A stretch of 62,000 nt of DNA, taken from contig NC_086109.1 in assembly GCF_963921235.1 (NCBI RefSeq), positions 1,240,001-1,302,000 of the forward strand, in the 5' to 3' direction. The notes below the pieces were generated by a model. It did not search any database and was not told the DNA's origin. It saw nothing but the letters and a program-made list of their open reading frames with translations. The stretch comes from Mobula hypostoma (lineage: Eukaryota). This document shows, in pieces, positions 1 through 11,047 of this stretch; the first letter of the stretch is position 1; each line of letters begins with the position of its first letter. The translations under genes and the position numbers were made by a program.

Positions 1-1311
1 ACATGATAAAATAGACCATAGCCAGCATGGTTTCCTCAAGAGGAAATCTGGTCTGACTAATCTGTTGGAATGCTTTGAAGTAATAACAAGCAGGATAGAC
101 AAAGAAGAATTGATTGATGTTGTGTACTTGGATTTTCAGAAGGCCACTGACATGGTGCCACTCATAAGGCTGTTTAACAAGCTACGAGCCCATGCTAATA
201 CAGGAAAGATTTGAGCATGGATAAAGCTGTAGATGATTGGCAGGAGGCAATGAGAGGGAATAAAGGGAACCTTTTCTGGTTGGCTGCCAGTGACTAGTGG
301 TGTTCCAGGGTTGTTTGGACCGATTCTTTTTACGTTATTTGTGAATGATTTAGATGATGGAATTGATGGCTTTGTTGTAAAGTCTGAAGATGATATGAAG
401 AAAGGTGGAAGGGCAGGGAGTTTTCAGGAAGTAGGGATGCTACAGAAGAACTTAGACAGATTAGGAGACTAGACAAAGAAATGGCAGATGGAATACAGTG
501 TCAAGAAGTGTATAGTCATGCGTTTTGGTAGAAGAGGTGAAAGGGATGATTATGTTCTAAATGGTGAGAAAATATAAAAAGCTGAGGTGCAAAGAGACCT
601 GGGGGTCCTAGTGCAGCCTTCCCTAAAAGTTAATTAGTAGGTTGAGTCTGTGGTGAGGAAGGAAAATTGAATGTTAGCATTCATTTCTAGAGGACTAGAA
701 TATAAACAGTGATGTAATGTTGAAACTTATAAAGCACTAGCGAGGCCTCACTTGGAGTATGTGGGCAGTGTTGGGCCCCTTATCTTAGAAAGTATGTGTT
801 GAAACTGGACAGGGTTCAAAGGAGGTTCATGAAGATGATTCCAGGATTGAATGGCATGTCATATGAAGAACATTTGATAGCTCTAGGCCTGTATTCTCTG
901 GAATTCAGAAGAATAAGGGTGGCCTCATTGAAACCTATCAAATGGTGAAAGGCCTTGATAGACTGGACATGGAGAGAATGTTTCCTGTGATGGGAATAGT
1001 CTGAGACCAGAGGATACAGCCTCAGTATAGAGGGGTGTCCTTCTAGAACGCAGATGAGGAGGAATTTATTTAGCCAGAGGGTGGTGAATCTGTGGAATTC
1101 TTTGCCACAGGCAGCCGTGGAGGCAGTCTTTATGTATATTTGAGGCAGAGGTTGCTAGATTCTTGATTGGATTGGGGCATGAAGGGATATGAGGCAAGGG
1201 CAGGAGATTGGGGCTGAGAGGAAATTTGGATCAGGCATGTTGAAATGGCGGAGCAGGCTTAATGCGCAAATGACCTAATCCTGCTCCTATATCTTATGAT
1301 CTTATGGTCTT
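1..1311 (+). mobile_element. CR1 LINE, 3' part (RT and 3' UTR), decayed
   Basis: RT motifs (YLDFQKA, TSGVPG..GPILFTLFVNDLDDG, WQMEY, FSQRVVNLWNSL); ends in tcttatg repeat tail at ~1290-1311. Confidence 0.9.
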
Positions 1312-2045
1312 AATAAACATCTTGTACAACTGTAATATAACAACCTAACTCTTATATGAGTGCCTTGGCTGATGAAGACAAGCATGCCACACTTCCTGGC
1401 TATCCTGTCAACATGAGTTCTTATTTTCAGGGAACTATGCATTTATACCCAAATATCTGTCTGTTTGACACCACACTCAGGGCCCTGATAAGATCTGTCT
1501 GTCTGATAAGACCTGCTCTGCTTTAACTTCCCAACATGTATTACTTTGCACCTATAGTCAAACTCCATCTGCCATTTTTTTGACCACTTTTGCAGTTGAT
1601 TTAAATCATGTTGTGACCTTAGACTACCTCATCACTGTTTACCCCACTATCAGTTTTATGTGTTAGTTGCAAACTTACTAACTGTGCCAAATACATACTC
1701 ATCCGATAGATGACAAACAACACAAGATCCAGTATTGATCCCTGCAGCACATCCTCTAATACCACACGCTGACTCCTGTCGCTAGTTCAATGTGTTATGT
1801 AATGAGCTAGCTCACCGTGGGTCCCAGGTAATTTAAGCTTCCGGATTAGCCTAGCATATTGGACCTTGTGAAAGTTTCCGTAGAGAGCATCTACGACTCT
1901 GTCCTTGTCAATTATATTGGTTACCTTTGCAAAAGGAAATCACATTTTTGAGATATGCTTTCACATGCAAAATACCACACTGTTAATCCTTAATTGGTTC
2001 TTGCCTGTCAAATGCAAAAAGTCCTGTCTCTCAGAATCCTTATCA
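1312..2045 (-). mobile_element. CR1 LINE RT fragment, strongly decayed
   Basis: Reverse complement resembles CR1 RT (aactccatctgccattt = KWQMEF region; tttgcaaacttact-like FADD-region sequence). Confidence 0.65.
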
Positions 2046-2074
2046 GTAAGTCCACTTGGTATCTAATCATACCT

Positions 2075-2400
2075 TGGAAGTATGTGATGGGACAGCGTAG
2101 AGGGAGTCTCACTCTGTGTCTGACCCGTGCCCTTGGAGTGTGTGATGGGACAGCGTAGAGGGAGTTTCACTCTGTGTCTGACCCGTGTCCTGGGAGTGTG
2201 TGATGGGACAGTGTAGAGGGAGCTTCACTCTGTGTCTGACCCTGGGAGTGTGTGATGGGACAGTGTAGAGGGAGTTTCACTCTGTGTCTGACCCGTGTCC
2301 TGGGAGTGTGTGATGGGACAGTGTAGAGGGAGCTTCACGCTGTGTCTGACCCGTGTCCTGTGAGTGTGTGATGGGACAGTGTAGAGGGAACCTCACTCTA
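2075..2400. repeat. Tandem minisatellite, 52-58 bp unit, ~6 copies
   Basis: Repeated gggagtgtgtgatgggacagtgtagagggagtttcactctgtgtctgaccc(gtgtcc)t; same family at 8689-8879. Confidence 0.95.
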
Positions 2401-3220
2401 GACTTAATGTGTGCCTTGGAATATCTTTGATGTTAAAGTTTAGTAGCAAGAAAGTGAAAGGGTTGGAGAGGGATTGGGTCGGAGAGGGTTTCAACTCATG
2501 GTCATCAGTTTAGAAGCCCACTAATGAGCAATAGGGGAGGATGAGCACATGCCTGTGGAGAGCAGAATCCTGTTTTACAGTGGCTATAGTGGTGGATGTG
2601 GGCAGGAAGTGTTTTCTGTATAATTGGATCATTAGTTGGGTATTGTGTTGTCTGATGATCTGAGTAGTGGGTGATATCTTCACAGCTCCTCCGTTGCGGG
2701 TTATGTTGTCCAATGGTCTGAGTAGTGGTTGATACCTCCACAGCTCCTCTGTTGGGTGGTCGTATTGTGTAGTATGTAGTGAGGGGTATGGTGTTGACTC
2801 TGTGGCTTGAACAGCCTGTACCTCTCCTGCATCTCTCAATGTCTCACTTCAGGTGGCTTCTGCTTTTGCTGTAGTGGACAGGACCTCAGGTGCCGATAAC
2901 TGGACACACTGTGGGGATGTGTTTGCAGCAACCACGTGGGAGTTAGATATCAATTCTGCCCAGATAGCGTCAGTAATTAGGGGTACCATAAAGGACCTCT
3001 CAAAGTCTAAGCATATGTCACCATCATGATGTGGAAATGGGATAGGCCAGTAGCAGAGCTGTGTAGGCCAATCTCCCATATAGTCAATCTCAGAAACATT
3101 GATACACTTCACCCATACCATCAACTTTAGATGACGGAGAAGGGAAGTCATCAATGGCGTATACTCCACTGGGAGCTAAAGACCCTAAAAGATGAAGCAG
3201 ATCCAGAGAGGTATTAACCT

Positions 3221-3491
3221 CTGGATTACTATCTAATCCACATACACTCTAAATCCCATCAGGTTGGAGATGTCCTGGATTACTATTTAACCCACATACA
3301 CTCTAAATCCCATCAGGTTGGAGATGTCCTGGATTACTATTTAACCCACATACACTCTAAATCCCATCAGGTTGGAGATGTCCTGGATTACTATCTAACC
3401 CACATAGGCTCTAAATCCCATCAGGTTGGAGATGTCCTGGATTACTATCTAACCCACATAGACTCTAAGTCCCATTGGGTAGGAGATGTCC
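3221..3491. repeat. Tandem repeat, 54 bp unit, 5 copies
   Basis: ctggattactatytaacccacatacactctaaatcccatcaggttggagatgtc starting at 3221, 3275, 3329, 3383, 3437. Confidence 0.95.
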
Positions 3492-3496
3492 CCAAA

Positions 3497-3826
3497 GGCA
3501 CTCACAAATTTCTATTCGCAGATGTACCGTTGGAGATCATTCTAACGGGTTGCAGCACCATCAGCTATGGTGGGTGGGGCTGTCTGCACAGGATCAGAAA
3601 AAGCTGCAGAAAGTTGCAGATGCAGTCATCTCCATCATGGACACCAGCCTCCCCAGTGTCCAGGACACCTTTAAGGAGTGATGCCTCAAAGAGACGGAAT
3701 CCATCATAAAAGAACAGTGCCACCCAGGACATGCCCTCTTCTCGTTGCTACCATCAGGGAGGAGGCACAGGAGCCCGAAGACACACACACAACGATTCAG
3801 CAATAGCTTCTTCCCCTCTGCCATCA
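3497..3826 (+). mobile_element. Rex1/Babar LINE 3' fragment
   Basis: AQDQKKLQKV..SIMDTSLPS, HPGHALFSLLPSGRR motifs shared with other Rex copies in the window. Confidence 0.8.
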
Positions 3827-4330
3827 TTTATGATAAAATGTAAAAAAGGAATGCAGAAACATGAAGCTCTGGAAAAGAGAATGTGAGAGGGGGTAAATTA
3901 GTCCATAGGACAAAAGAAAATTGATATAATTGTACAGACGTTGCAAGCAAATGCAGAGAAGCTTTGAAACAAGATAGGTGTGAACACCTACAGCATGAAT
4001 CCTTTTACAGAAACATGGGCACTCGATGGTCACAGCTGAAAGATGAATATTCAAGGTATTTGTTATTCAGAAAGGGCAGGAAAAATGCACAAGGAGACAG
4101 AGAAGCTTTGCTAATGAAGAATGAAGTCTGTGTAACTGAGACAGGATGATAAGGTAGAAAATGACGGTGTGGAATCAGTCAAGAGGGAACAGAGATGCTC
4201 TCAGGAGCAGAAGTTTTCAGCGGGAATTGCTTTCAGGCTTCCAAACAGGAATGGGAATGTAAGGGTCAGGATCACACAGGAAGTTAACGATGCAAGTAAC
4301 TATGGTATTCCAGCAATCCAAAGTGACTGT

Positions 4331-7300
4331 CATCATCATCATCGTCAGGTGCCGTGCCCAGTTTGAGTTTTGACTGCCATGGCCCACACACTCCTGTATC
4401 GGGTCAAGTGGATCAATTCATTGGAATTCATTTCCAGTTCTCTGGCTGTTGTCTCCATCATCATTTGTCTTTGTCTTCCTCTTGCTTTCTTCCCTTCAAT
4501 CTTTCCCATAACTACAGTGCTTTCTAATTCCTCTTTCCTAATCACATGTCCAATGAAGTTACTTTGCCTTTTCATGATCTCATACATAATTTCTCTTTTT
4601 GTGTTTGCTCTGTTCATGACATCCTCGTTAGATATTCATTTCATCCATGATAATCTTTGCATCCTCCTTAAAAAACACATTTCTGCTGCTACAATTCGTT
4701 TCCTCATGTTATTAGATATTGTCCGACATTCTGAGCCATATAACATTACTGGATAAACGTAACATTTCAGTACTCTGAGGCGAGTTGTCGTTCCTAATTT
4801 AATATTGGTCAGTATACTCTTCATTCTCATAAAGGTGTTTTTTGCCATCCCTATTCTTCTTTTGATGTCCATGTCACACCTGCCATCTGATGTCACCCAG
4901 CTTCCTAAGTAGCAAAAGTTCTTTACTTGTTTTATGTCTTTCCCGTTCATTCCCAGTCTGCAGATGGGATTCTCCTACTTTTTGGATATCACCGTACATT
5001 CTGTCTTTTTGCAATTGATAGATAAACCCATTTTTGCACTTTCTTCAACAATTATATCAATTAAGTTTTGTAGTTCTTCCTCTGTACTTGCAATTAACAC
5101 AGTGTCATCTGCATATCTGAAATTATTGATGTTTTCACTGCCAACTTTGATTCCCAAGATGTCTCTCATTTTTTGTAATATTGTTTCACTGTACACATTA
5201 AATAAATCCGGGGAGAAAACACACCCTTGTCTAACGCCTCTCTTGATTTTCATAAACTGACTCACTTCTCCATCTATTCTTACAGCGGCAGTTTGTTCCC
5301 AGTACAGATTTCAGGTTATGCGGAGGTCTTTTGAATCTAGATCTAGAGTTTTCTGTAATATTTCAAATAACTTATTGTGCTTCACTTTATCAAATGTTTT
5401 TGTGTAGTCGATAAAACAAACAAACAAATCTTTTTGCACTTGAATAGCTTGTTCTGATAGTATCCTTAACATCAATATTGTGTTTCTTGTACCTTTGTCT
5501 TTCATAAAACCACATTGTTCTTTGCCTATTTCAGCTTGTATCTTACTTCCAGCTCTTGTCATCAAAATTCTTAGAAGTATCTTGGTGCTATGACTCATTA
5601 AACTTATGGTCCTATGTATTTCACATTCTATTGCTCCAGGTTTCTTAGGAGGAGTGATAAATACTGATTTTTTAATCTCTTCTGGTATTATTCCAGTCTC
5701 GTAAATGTTATTGATTAAATCAGTAAGTTTTTCAATTCCATCTTCAAGAACAATAATTTGTTCTGTTACTAATTCATCAGGACCTGCTGCCTTTCCTTTC
5801 TTCATCTTATTTATTGCATTAGAAACTTCAGATTTTAAAATACTTGGACCTTCAGTGTTTTTCTTAATTTCTGGTTTTTCGCCTTGATTATCTTCAAACA
5901 ATTCCTGAATATACTCAGTCCATCTGTTCATAATCTTATTTTTTTCCATGATAATGGTACCGTCCTTTGCTTTCAAACATCCACCTGAAGAACAGAGGAG
6001 CTTTTACCAGTGATCTTCTTGATTTGTTGATGTAACCTTTTTGGATCAGTAGTAGGGATTCTTTCTATTTGCTCACATTCCTGGGTTAACCATTCTTCTT
6101 TGGCTTTTTGACATAAGCTTCTAACTTTTTTATCTAAGGACTTATATTCTATAGGATTTGCTTTCTTCCGTCTCCTTTCTTCCATTAGATTTTTGGTTTC
6201 ATCTGTTATCCATTTATTCTTTGTGCTTTTTCCTTTTTTAGGAATCACTGACTTTGCTGATTCTACCAAGGCATCCTTTAGAGAGTTAAATTTCATTTCT
6301 ACATGATTACTATCATCTTCAACAGATTCTATTTCTAGACTTTGAAATCTATTACTTACTTCAATTGTAAATTTTTGTCTTAAGTTTTCTTCTTTAATTA
6401 ATTGCCGGTAGTCAAGAGATTGTTCAGGTTTTTGCTTCTTTAGTTTTTTAAAGTTTTACTTTTACATGACATACTACTGGGCTATGGTCACTATTACAGT
6501 CTGCACCTGGATATGTTTTGCATTGAGTCACTGAGTTTCTAAATCTTTGGTTTATAGTAATAAAGTCAATTTGATTTCTGGTGTTATCACCTGGACTTTT
6601 CCAGGTCCACAAGCATCTTGGATGGTTTTTAAAGTAGGTATTCATAATGACCTGATTATTCATTTTGCACCATTCTACCCATTTCTCACCTCTTTCATTT
6701 CTTTCCCCTAGTCCAAATTTTCCTGTGGTATTTCCATCAGCACCTTGTCCTACTTCAGCATTTAGATCTCCCATGACAATAGCAATATCTTGAGATTTGC
6801 ATCCATTCTTTGCTTGTTCAAGCTCTTCATAGAATTTATCTATATCTTCATTTGTTCCATCTGTTGTTGGTGCATATACCTGTATAATTGCTAAATCAAA
6901 TGGTTGTCCTCTGAATCTAACAAGAAGCATTCTTTCTGATATTGCCCAATGTCCTAAAATACTTTTTGCCATGTTTTCATCCATAAGAATTCCTACTTCA
7001 TTAGTATGGGATGTTCCACAAGAATAAACCAGTGTTTTATTTCTAATCTGCCATGTTCCAGTAGCTATCCAACGAACTTCGCTAATTCCCATGATATTAA
7101 TTTTTAGTCTTTCCATTTCATTTATCACATTGTCCAATCTTCCTGCTTGATACAGGGTTCTTACATTCCAAGTGGCAATAATGTTCTTTTGTGTTACTTT
7201 AATTTTATGAGCAGTAGCTTGATAACGGTCGGGGATCCCCAGCTGACCAGAATCAACCCTACCGAGCGAAGCATCTTCAGAATTGTCTTGAAGATCCTCT

Positions 7301-7705
7301 TGACGCTGTTGTTGTGTGATACATTTTGTGAGTTTGACCATGGTTTTCTTAGCAAATAGATTCTAGAAAACCTAATAGCTAGCAACGGTGGTTTGCTATT
7401 GCCTACTGTTGGGCGAACTAAAGAAATTGCCATTTCTCTTCCCAAATGTTCATCCCCCTATACTATAGCCGTTGACATTTGAGGTCGTAGCTTCTCTGTC
7501 ATAAGTTCAGTTATTGAACCTGCTGGATTTGCCGTTGGCCTTCGCTCGTATCCTGAGCAGGAACTCTTGCAGGTGCTACCGTTCTGGGTCAGAGCGGCCC
7601 TGGGAGCAATGAATGACTGAGGGGTAACTCCACTTTCCCCAAAGCTCTGAAAGTTCCCAATCAGAGCCTCATCACCGGTTGCAGTTTAGAGTCATACCCT
7701 GGACT
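4331..7705 (-). mobile_element. Near full-length RTE-clade LINE (APE + RT), frameshifted, inserted in an old CR1 relic
   Basis: APE motifs ATWNVRTL, GISEVRW, QVYAPT, GDLNA, NQIDFI, SDH; RT motifs KAAGPD, FIDYTKTFD, GVRQGC, RYADD; (GAT)n 3' tail at 4331-4346; TSD aaagtgactgt 4320-4330 / aaggtgactgt 7707-7717. Confidence 0.95.
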
Positions 7706-8055
7706 GAAGGTGACTGTAATCTGCTCAAATTAAATGTGTAGAAGGAGAATTCCTGGAGTGTGTGCAGTGTGGCTTTTTGGAACTGTATATTGAGGACCAA
7801 GCTCGGGATATGATCTTCCAGAAGGATCCATTAAAAATCTTGTGTAAGCTCCTTTCAAAAGAGTGACCATAACTTGACAGAATTCTTCTTTAACGCAAGA
7901 AATATTTCAAAATGAAACCATTCTAAATCTGAACAAGCTACTGAAGGTTTATGGCATGAGCTGGCTCTGAGGGTTAAGGAAGTGAGCCGGAAGTGGTTAA
8001 CATTTGAAGAACGAAAACTGAAGTTGTACCTTCCTTCCTGGAGAAAAACACCAAA

Positions 8056-8385
8056 GGGGGAGAGGCGGAGCAGGGGAGATGTGGAGAGGGGAGTGGGGAA
8101 GGGAGAGAAAGGGAGAGGGAGTGAGTGAGAAAGAGAGAGATAAAGAGAGAGAGGGGGGAGGGAGGGAGGGATGGGAGAGGAGGAGAGGGGGAAAGGGGAA
8201 GGGGAGAGTGGCAGAGGGAGAGGGAGGGGGAGGGGGAGAGGGGAAGGGGAAGGGGGAGAGGGAGAGTGGGAGCCGGGGAGGGGAGATAGAGAGAGAGAGA
8301 GAGTGGAGGCAGAGAGAGAGGGATGGGTGGTGAGGAGACGGGGGAAAAGGGGAGAGTGGGAGAGGGGGAGGTGAGACAGAGAGAC
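8056..8385. repeat. Purine-rich (G/A) low-complexity tract
   Basis: Almost only G/A on the + strand, many G-runs. Confidence 0.9.
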
Positions 8386-8688
8386 CAGTGACAGGGAGTT
8401 GCCTATTATCCCATCTCCTCCTGCTCTTGCCCCACAACCCCTGGTCCACAGTTTATTCCTCCGACCTTCGAGTCCAACATCATGATCCTTTCCTTTGTAA
8501 CATCTCTGGATCAATTAATTTCCTACGTTCTGGAGGGTTAAAGGCCGCCTTCTCTACCACTTCAACAGTGTGCATCTGTTTCCTGAGTTAAACTAACAGT
8601 AGTCTAGCTAGTTCTGTGTTTACAGACGGATCCTCTTGTCATTTATCACGTCCAAAAACCTATTTTGCTCACATGCAGTGTATGCTAG

Positions 8689-8879
8689 ATGTGTGATGGG
8701 ACAGTGTAGAGGGAGATTCACTCTGTATCTGACCCCAGGAGTGTGTGATGGGACAGTGTAGAGGGAGTTTCACTCTGTATCTGACCCCAGGAGTGTGTGA
8801 TGGGACAGTGTAGTGGGAGTTTCACTCTGTATCTGACCCCAGGAGTGTGCGATGGGACAGTGTAGAGGTGGCTTCACTC
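8689..8879. repeat. Tandem minisatellite, 52 bp unit, ~3.7 copies
   Basis: gtgtgtgatgggacagtgtagagggagtttcactctgtatctgaccccagga. Confidence 0.95.
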
Positions 8880-9009
8880 TAACCTCTGTTCTCCCTGAAT
8901 GAGGAGTCCAGAAATGTTCCATTTCGTAAAGTAACAGAGGCTTTGGCGAGACAGAGGTAAGACACAAAGATTCTCTCTTATTAAAACTCACCGGCAGAGG
9001 TTAAGCGAG

Positions 9010-9869
9010 TGTTACGTACCCCGTAACTGGGTTGCCAAACCAGCAGAAATGGATCACTGAGTTGGAGTCTGGAGTACTAGAACTAAGAAAGTTTTATTAA
9101 AGAAACAAGCAACACAGTAATCGAAAGGATAATAAATGCAACAGTTCAGCGATGATAAACACACATGTGCACAGAATTAAGATAACAGCATCAATCAAGC
9201 TCTATCGTTGTCTAGGGGTAAATGACCAAATTTCAAAGTGACCCAAAGTTCAGTCCAGTTTAGTAGTTCAATTTGCAGTAATCGTTGCCATGGCGATGGA
9301 CAACGTGGGGGAAGAGAAAGATCGAATAGGAACAACTGATCATTCAGAACGGCTTCACTCACAGACCAGCGAGATGGCTCACAAACAGCATTTGGGCGGG
9401 TCCTTGGTGATGTCACCTGAGGTCACCGACTGTGACTCCTCCTCCAGATGCGGTCGATCCTCTGCAGTGAACCCGGCACCCAGGCAGGGCGGACACACAC
9501 CGGGTTCCCGCTGATCGTACCTTCACACCCTTGTGGTTATCTGATACTTCTCACCCACTCGTGAGAGGCGCACCGCTTCCAGGGTCTCGTTACCTCGGGT
9601 GGCGTGTGTGTCCTGCCTTAGCGAACCTGTCCCTTTTTATCCCCCTGCTGGGGTATCGCCCGTCCATCACTTCAAACAGTTCAGGGTTCAAAGGGGGAGC
9701 CGCTCCAGACAGCTCTCTCTCCCCCGTCCCTTCATTACACATCTCCAGACGCTGCTCCATTGTTCCTTATCTCTCCTTCCCCTGAGGGCAGGTGGCAGAC
9801 CAACTGCTGATGCCACTGATGCTAGCCCAGGCCAGCAAACATCTTAATTTTATGTGTATTCTCGTAACA
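9010..9869 (-). mobile_element. Solo LTR (Gypsy, related to the Gmr1-type LTR at 48420)
   Basis: tgttacg...cgtaaca termini; 4-bp TSD cgag at 9006-9009 and 9870-9873; AATAAA on minus strand; end sequence ctgctggttt..aaccca..ggggtacgtaaca resembles 49300-49337. Confidence 0.9.
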
Positions 9870-10204
9870 CGAGTCAGCCAACAAAACATATTAGCAGTTG
9901 CCCAGTGTTCATCTTTCTCGAGGACTGGATTTCATGTTGTGTTGGTGTGAAGCCTGCTCCTGAGTTCAGTGTATGGTGGGGCAGTGCAGCTAGAGCCAGT
10001 GTTCAGCAGCAGACTCAATCGGAAAACCACAATGCTGAAAATGAGAGAGCTCTCTGATCACAGTACTTCTGTGAAAGGACCACCACAACCCCAAATAAGA
10101 ACATTGCAAACAGGAAAAGGTCATTTGACGCATCATTCCTGGAGAACCGAATTCTCTTCTCCCCCACCCACCAGTGAAGAGCTTTCTTCCCATTTTCTGC
10201 CCTG

Positions 10205-10390
10205 AATGGGCAGGCACTCATTCTGAGAGTGAGACCACTGGCTCTCGACATCTCAGCCAGAGGAAACATCCTCCCCTCACCCAGCCTGTTAAGCTCTGTA
10301 AGGAGTCTCAGTGAGATCACCTCTCATTCCTCTAAAACTGCAGAGGGGACAGTTCCAGTTTGCTTCATCTCTCCTTATGGGACAGCGTCA
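10205..10390 (-). mobile_element. CR1 3' relic
   Basis: Minus-strand peptide LNRLGEGRMFPL...SGLTLR typical of the CR1 C-terminus. Confidence 0.6.
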
Positions 10391-11047
10391 CCGGGAGAGA
10401 CTAACTGAGAACTCCGGCACTACTGGCTGTAGCTCCTTGTTCTACCCATTGCCTGTCATCTTTCATTTGCTGTTAAAGGACCTGTGACACCATGAGGCTG
10501 GATTAGAGAAGGGCTAGATAGGGATAAGAGAAAAGTCTGGTCACCTGCTGTCATGACAACAGACTTTTCCACCATGTCATCAAAATAAATAAGTTGGTCA
10601 TGGACGTTGGGAATTGCACACGCTCCTCTTTATAACAATATGGTTGAAGTTGAGAGGATTGGGATCCCCTTGTCCTAGGAGTGAACATTACTCATTGCCC
10701 TGGTCCAACCACATATACACCATGGTCAGAAAAAGACATTTCCTCAGGAGGCTGAAGAAACTGACCACGTTGCCTTTGACCTTCTGCAGTGTTTATCAAG
10801 GCACCATCAAGAACATCTGATCTAGAAGCACCACAGCTATGTATGGCAACTGTTCCTGACCACAAGAAACTGCAAAGAATTGTGGTCACAGCTTAGCACA
10901 TTTCAGAAACCAGCTTCCCCTCCACGGACACTTTCTACACTTCACACTGCCTCCATAATGCAGCTAGCATAATCAAAGTCCCTCCCACCCAAGCATTCTT
11001 CCTTCTCCCTCCTCCCACCAGAGAGAAGATACAAAAGCCTGAAAGCA

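Larger units (their letters stand above)
2505..10034 (-). pseudogene. Putative pseudogene of a secreted/surface LRR protein (signal peptide, LRRs, LRRCT-like, Thr/Pro stalk, hydrophobic tail)
   Basis: Exon 10034-8992 (ctctctcattttcag / CCG|gtgagt) split by a solo LTR, giving MNTGQLLICFCWLTRLTSA if one T is restored; exon 8582-8466 (117 nt, phase 1-1, two stops); acceptor tttttctccag before 8037, then LRR-like pieces in shifting frames (NHFRLTSL, PxTFSSLFR/LEWFHF, KELTQDFxxI); 3240-2505 gives LDSNP, LMVWVK..LCYWP, a Thr-rich repeat and LLLISGLLN*. Many stops and frameshifts. Confidence 0.4.

Noticed and set aside
2075..3491. CRISPR-like arrays
   Set aside because: Units are contiguous with no unique spacers, no cas genes, eukaryotic context; the same holds for the other arrays.
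7380..7705. HDV-like ribozyme in the RTE 5' UTR
   Set aside because: Could not identify the nested P1/P1.1/P2/P3 pairing by eye.
7855..8514. 219-aa Pro/Ser/Leu-rich ORF
   Set aside because: Reads through a polypyrimidine tract that is better explained as an intron.
8909..8955. Plus-strand mini-exon ending GAG|gtaaga
   Set aside because: No partner exons or recognisable peptide.
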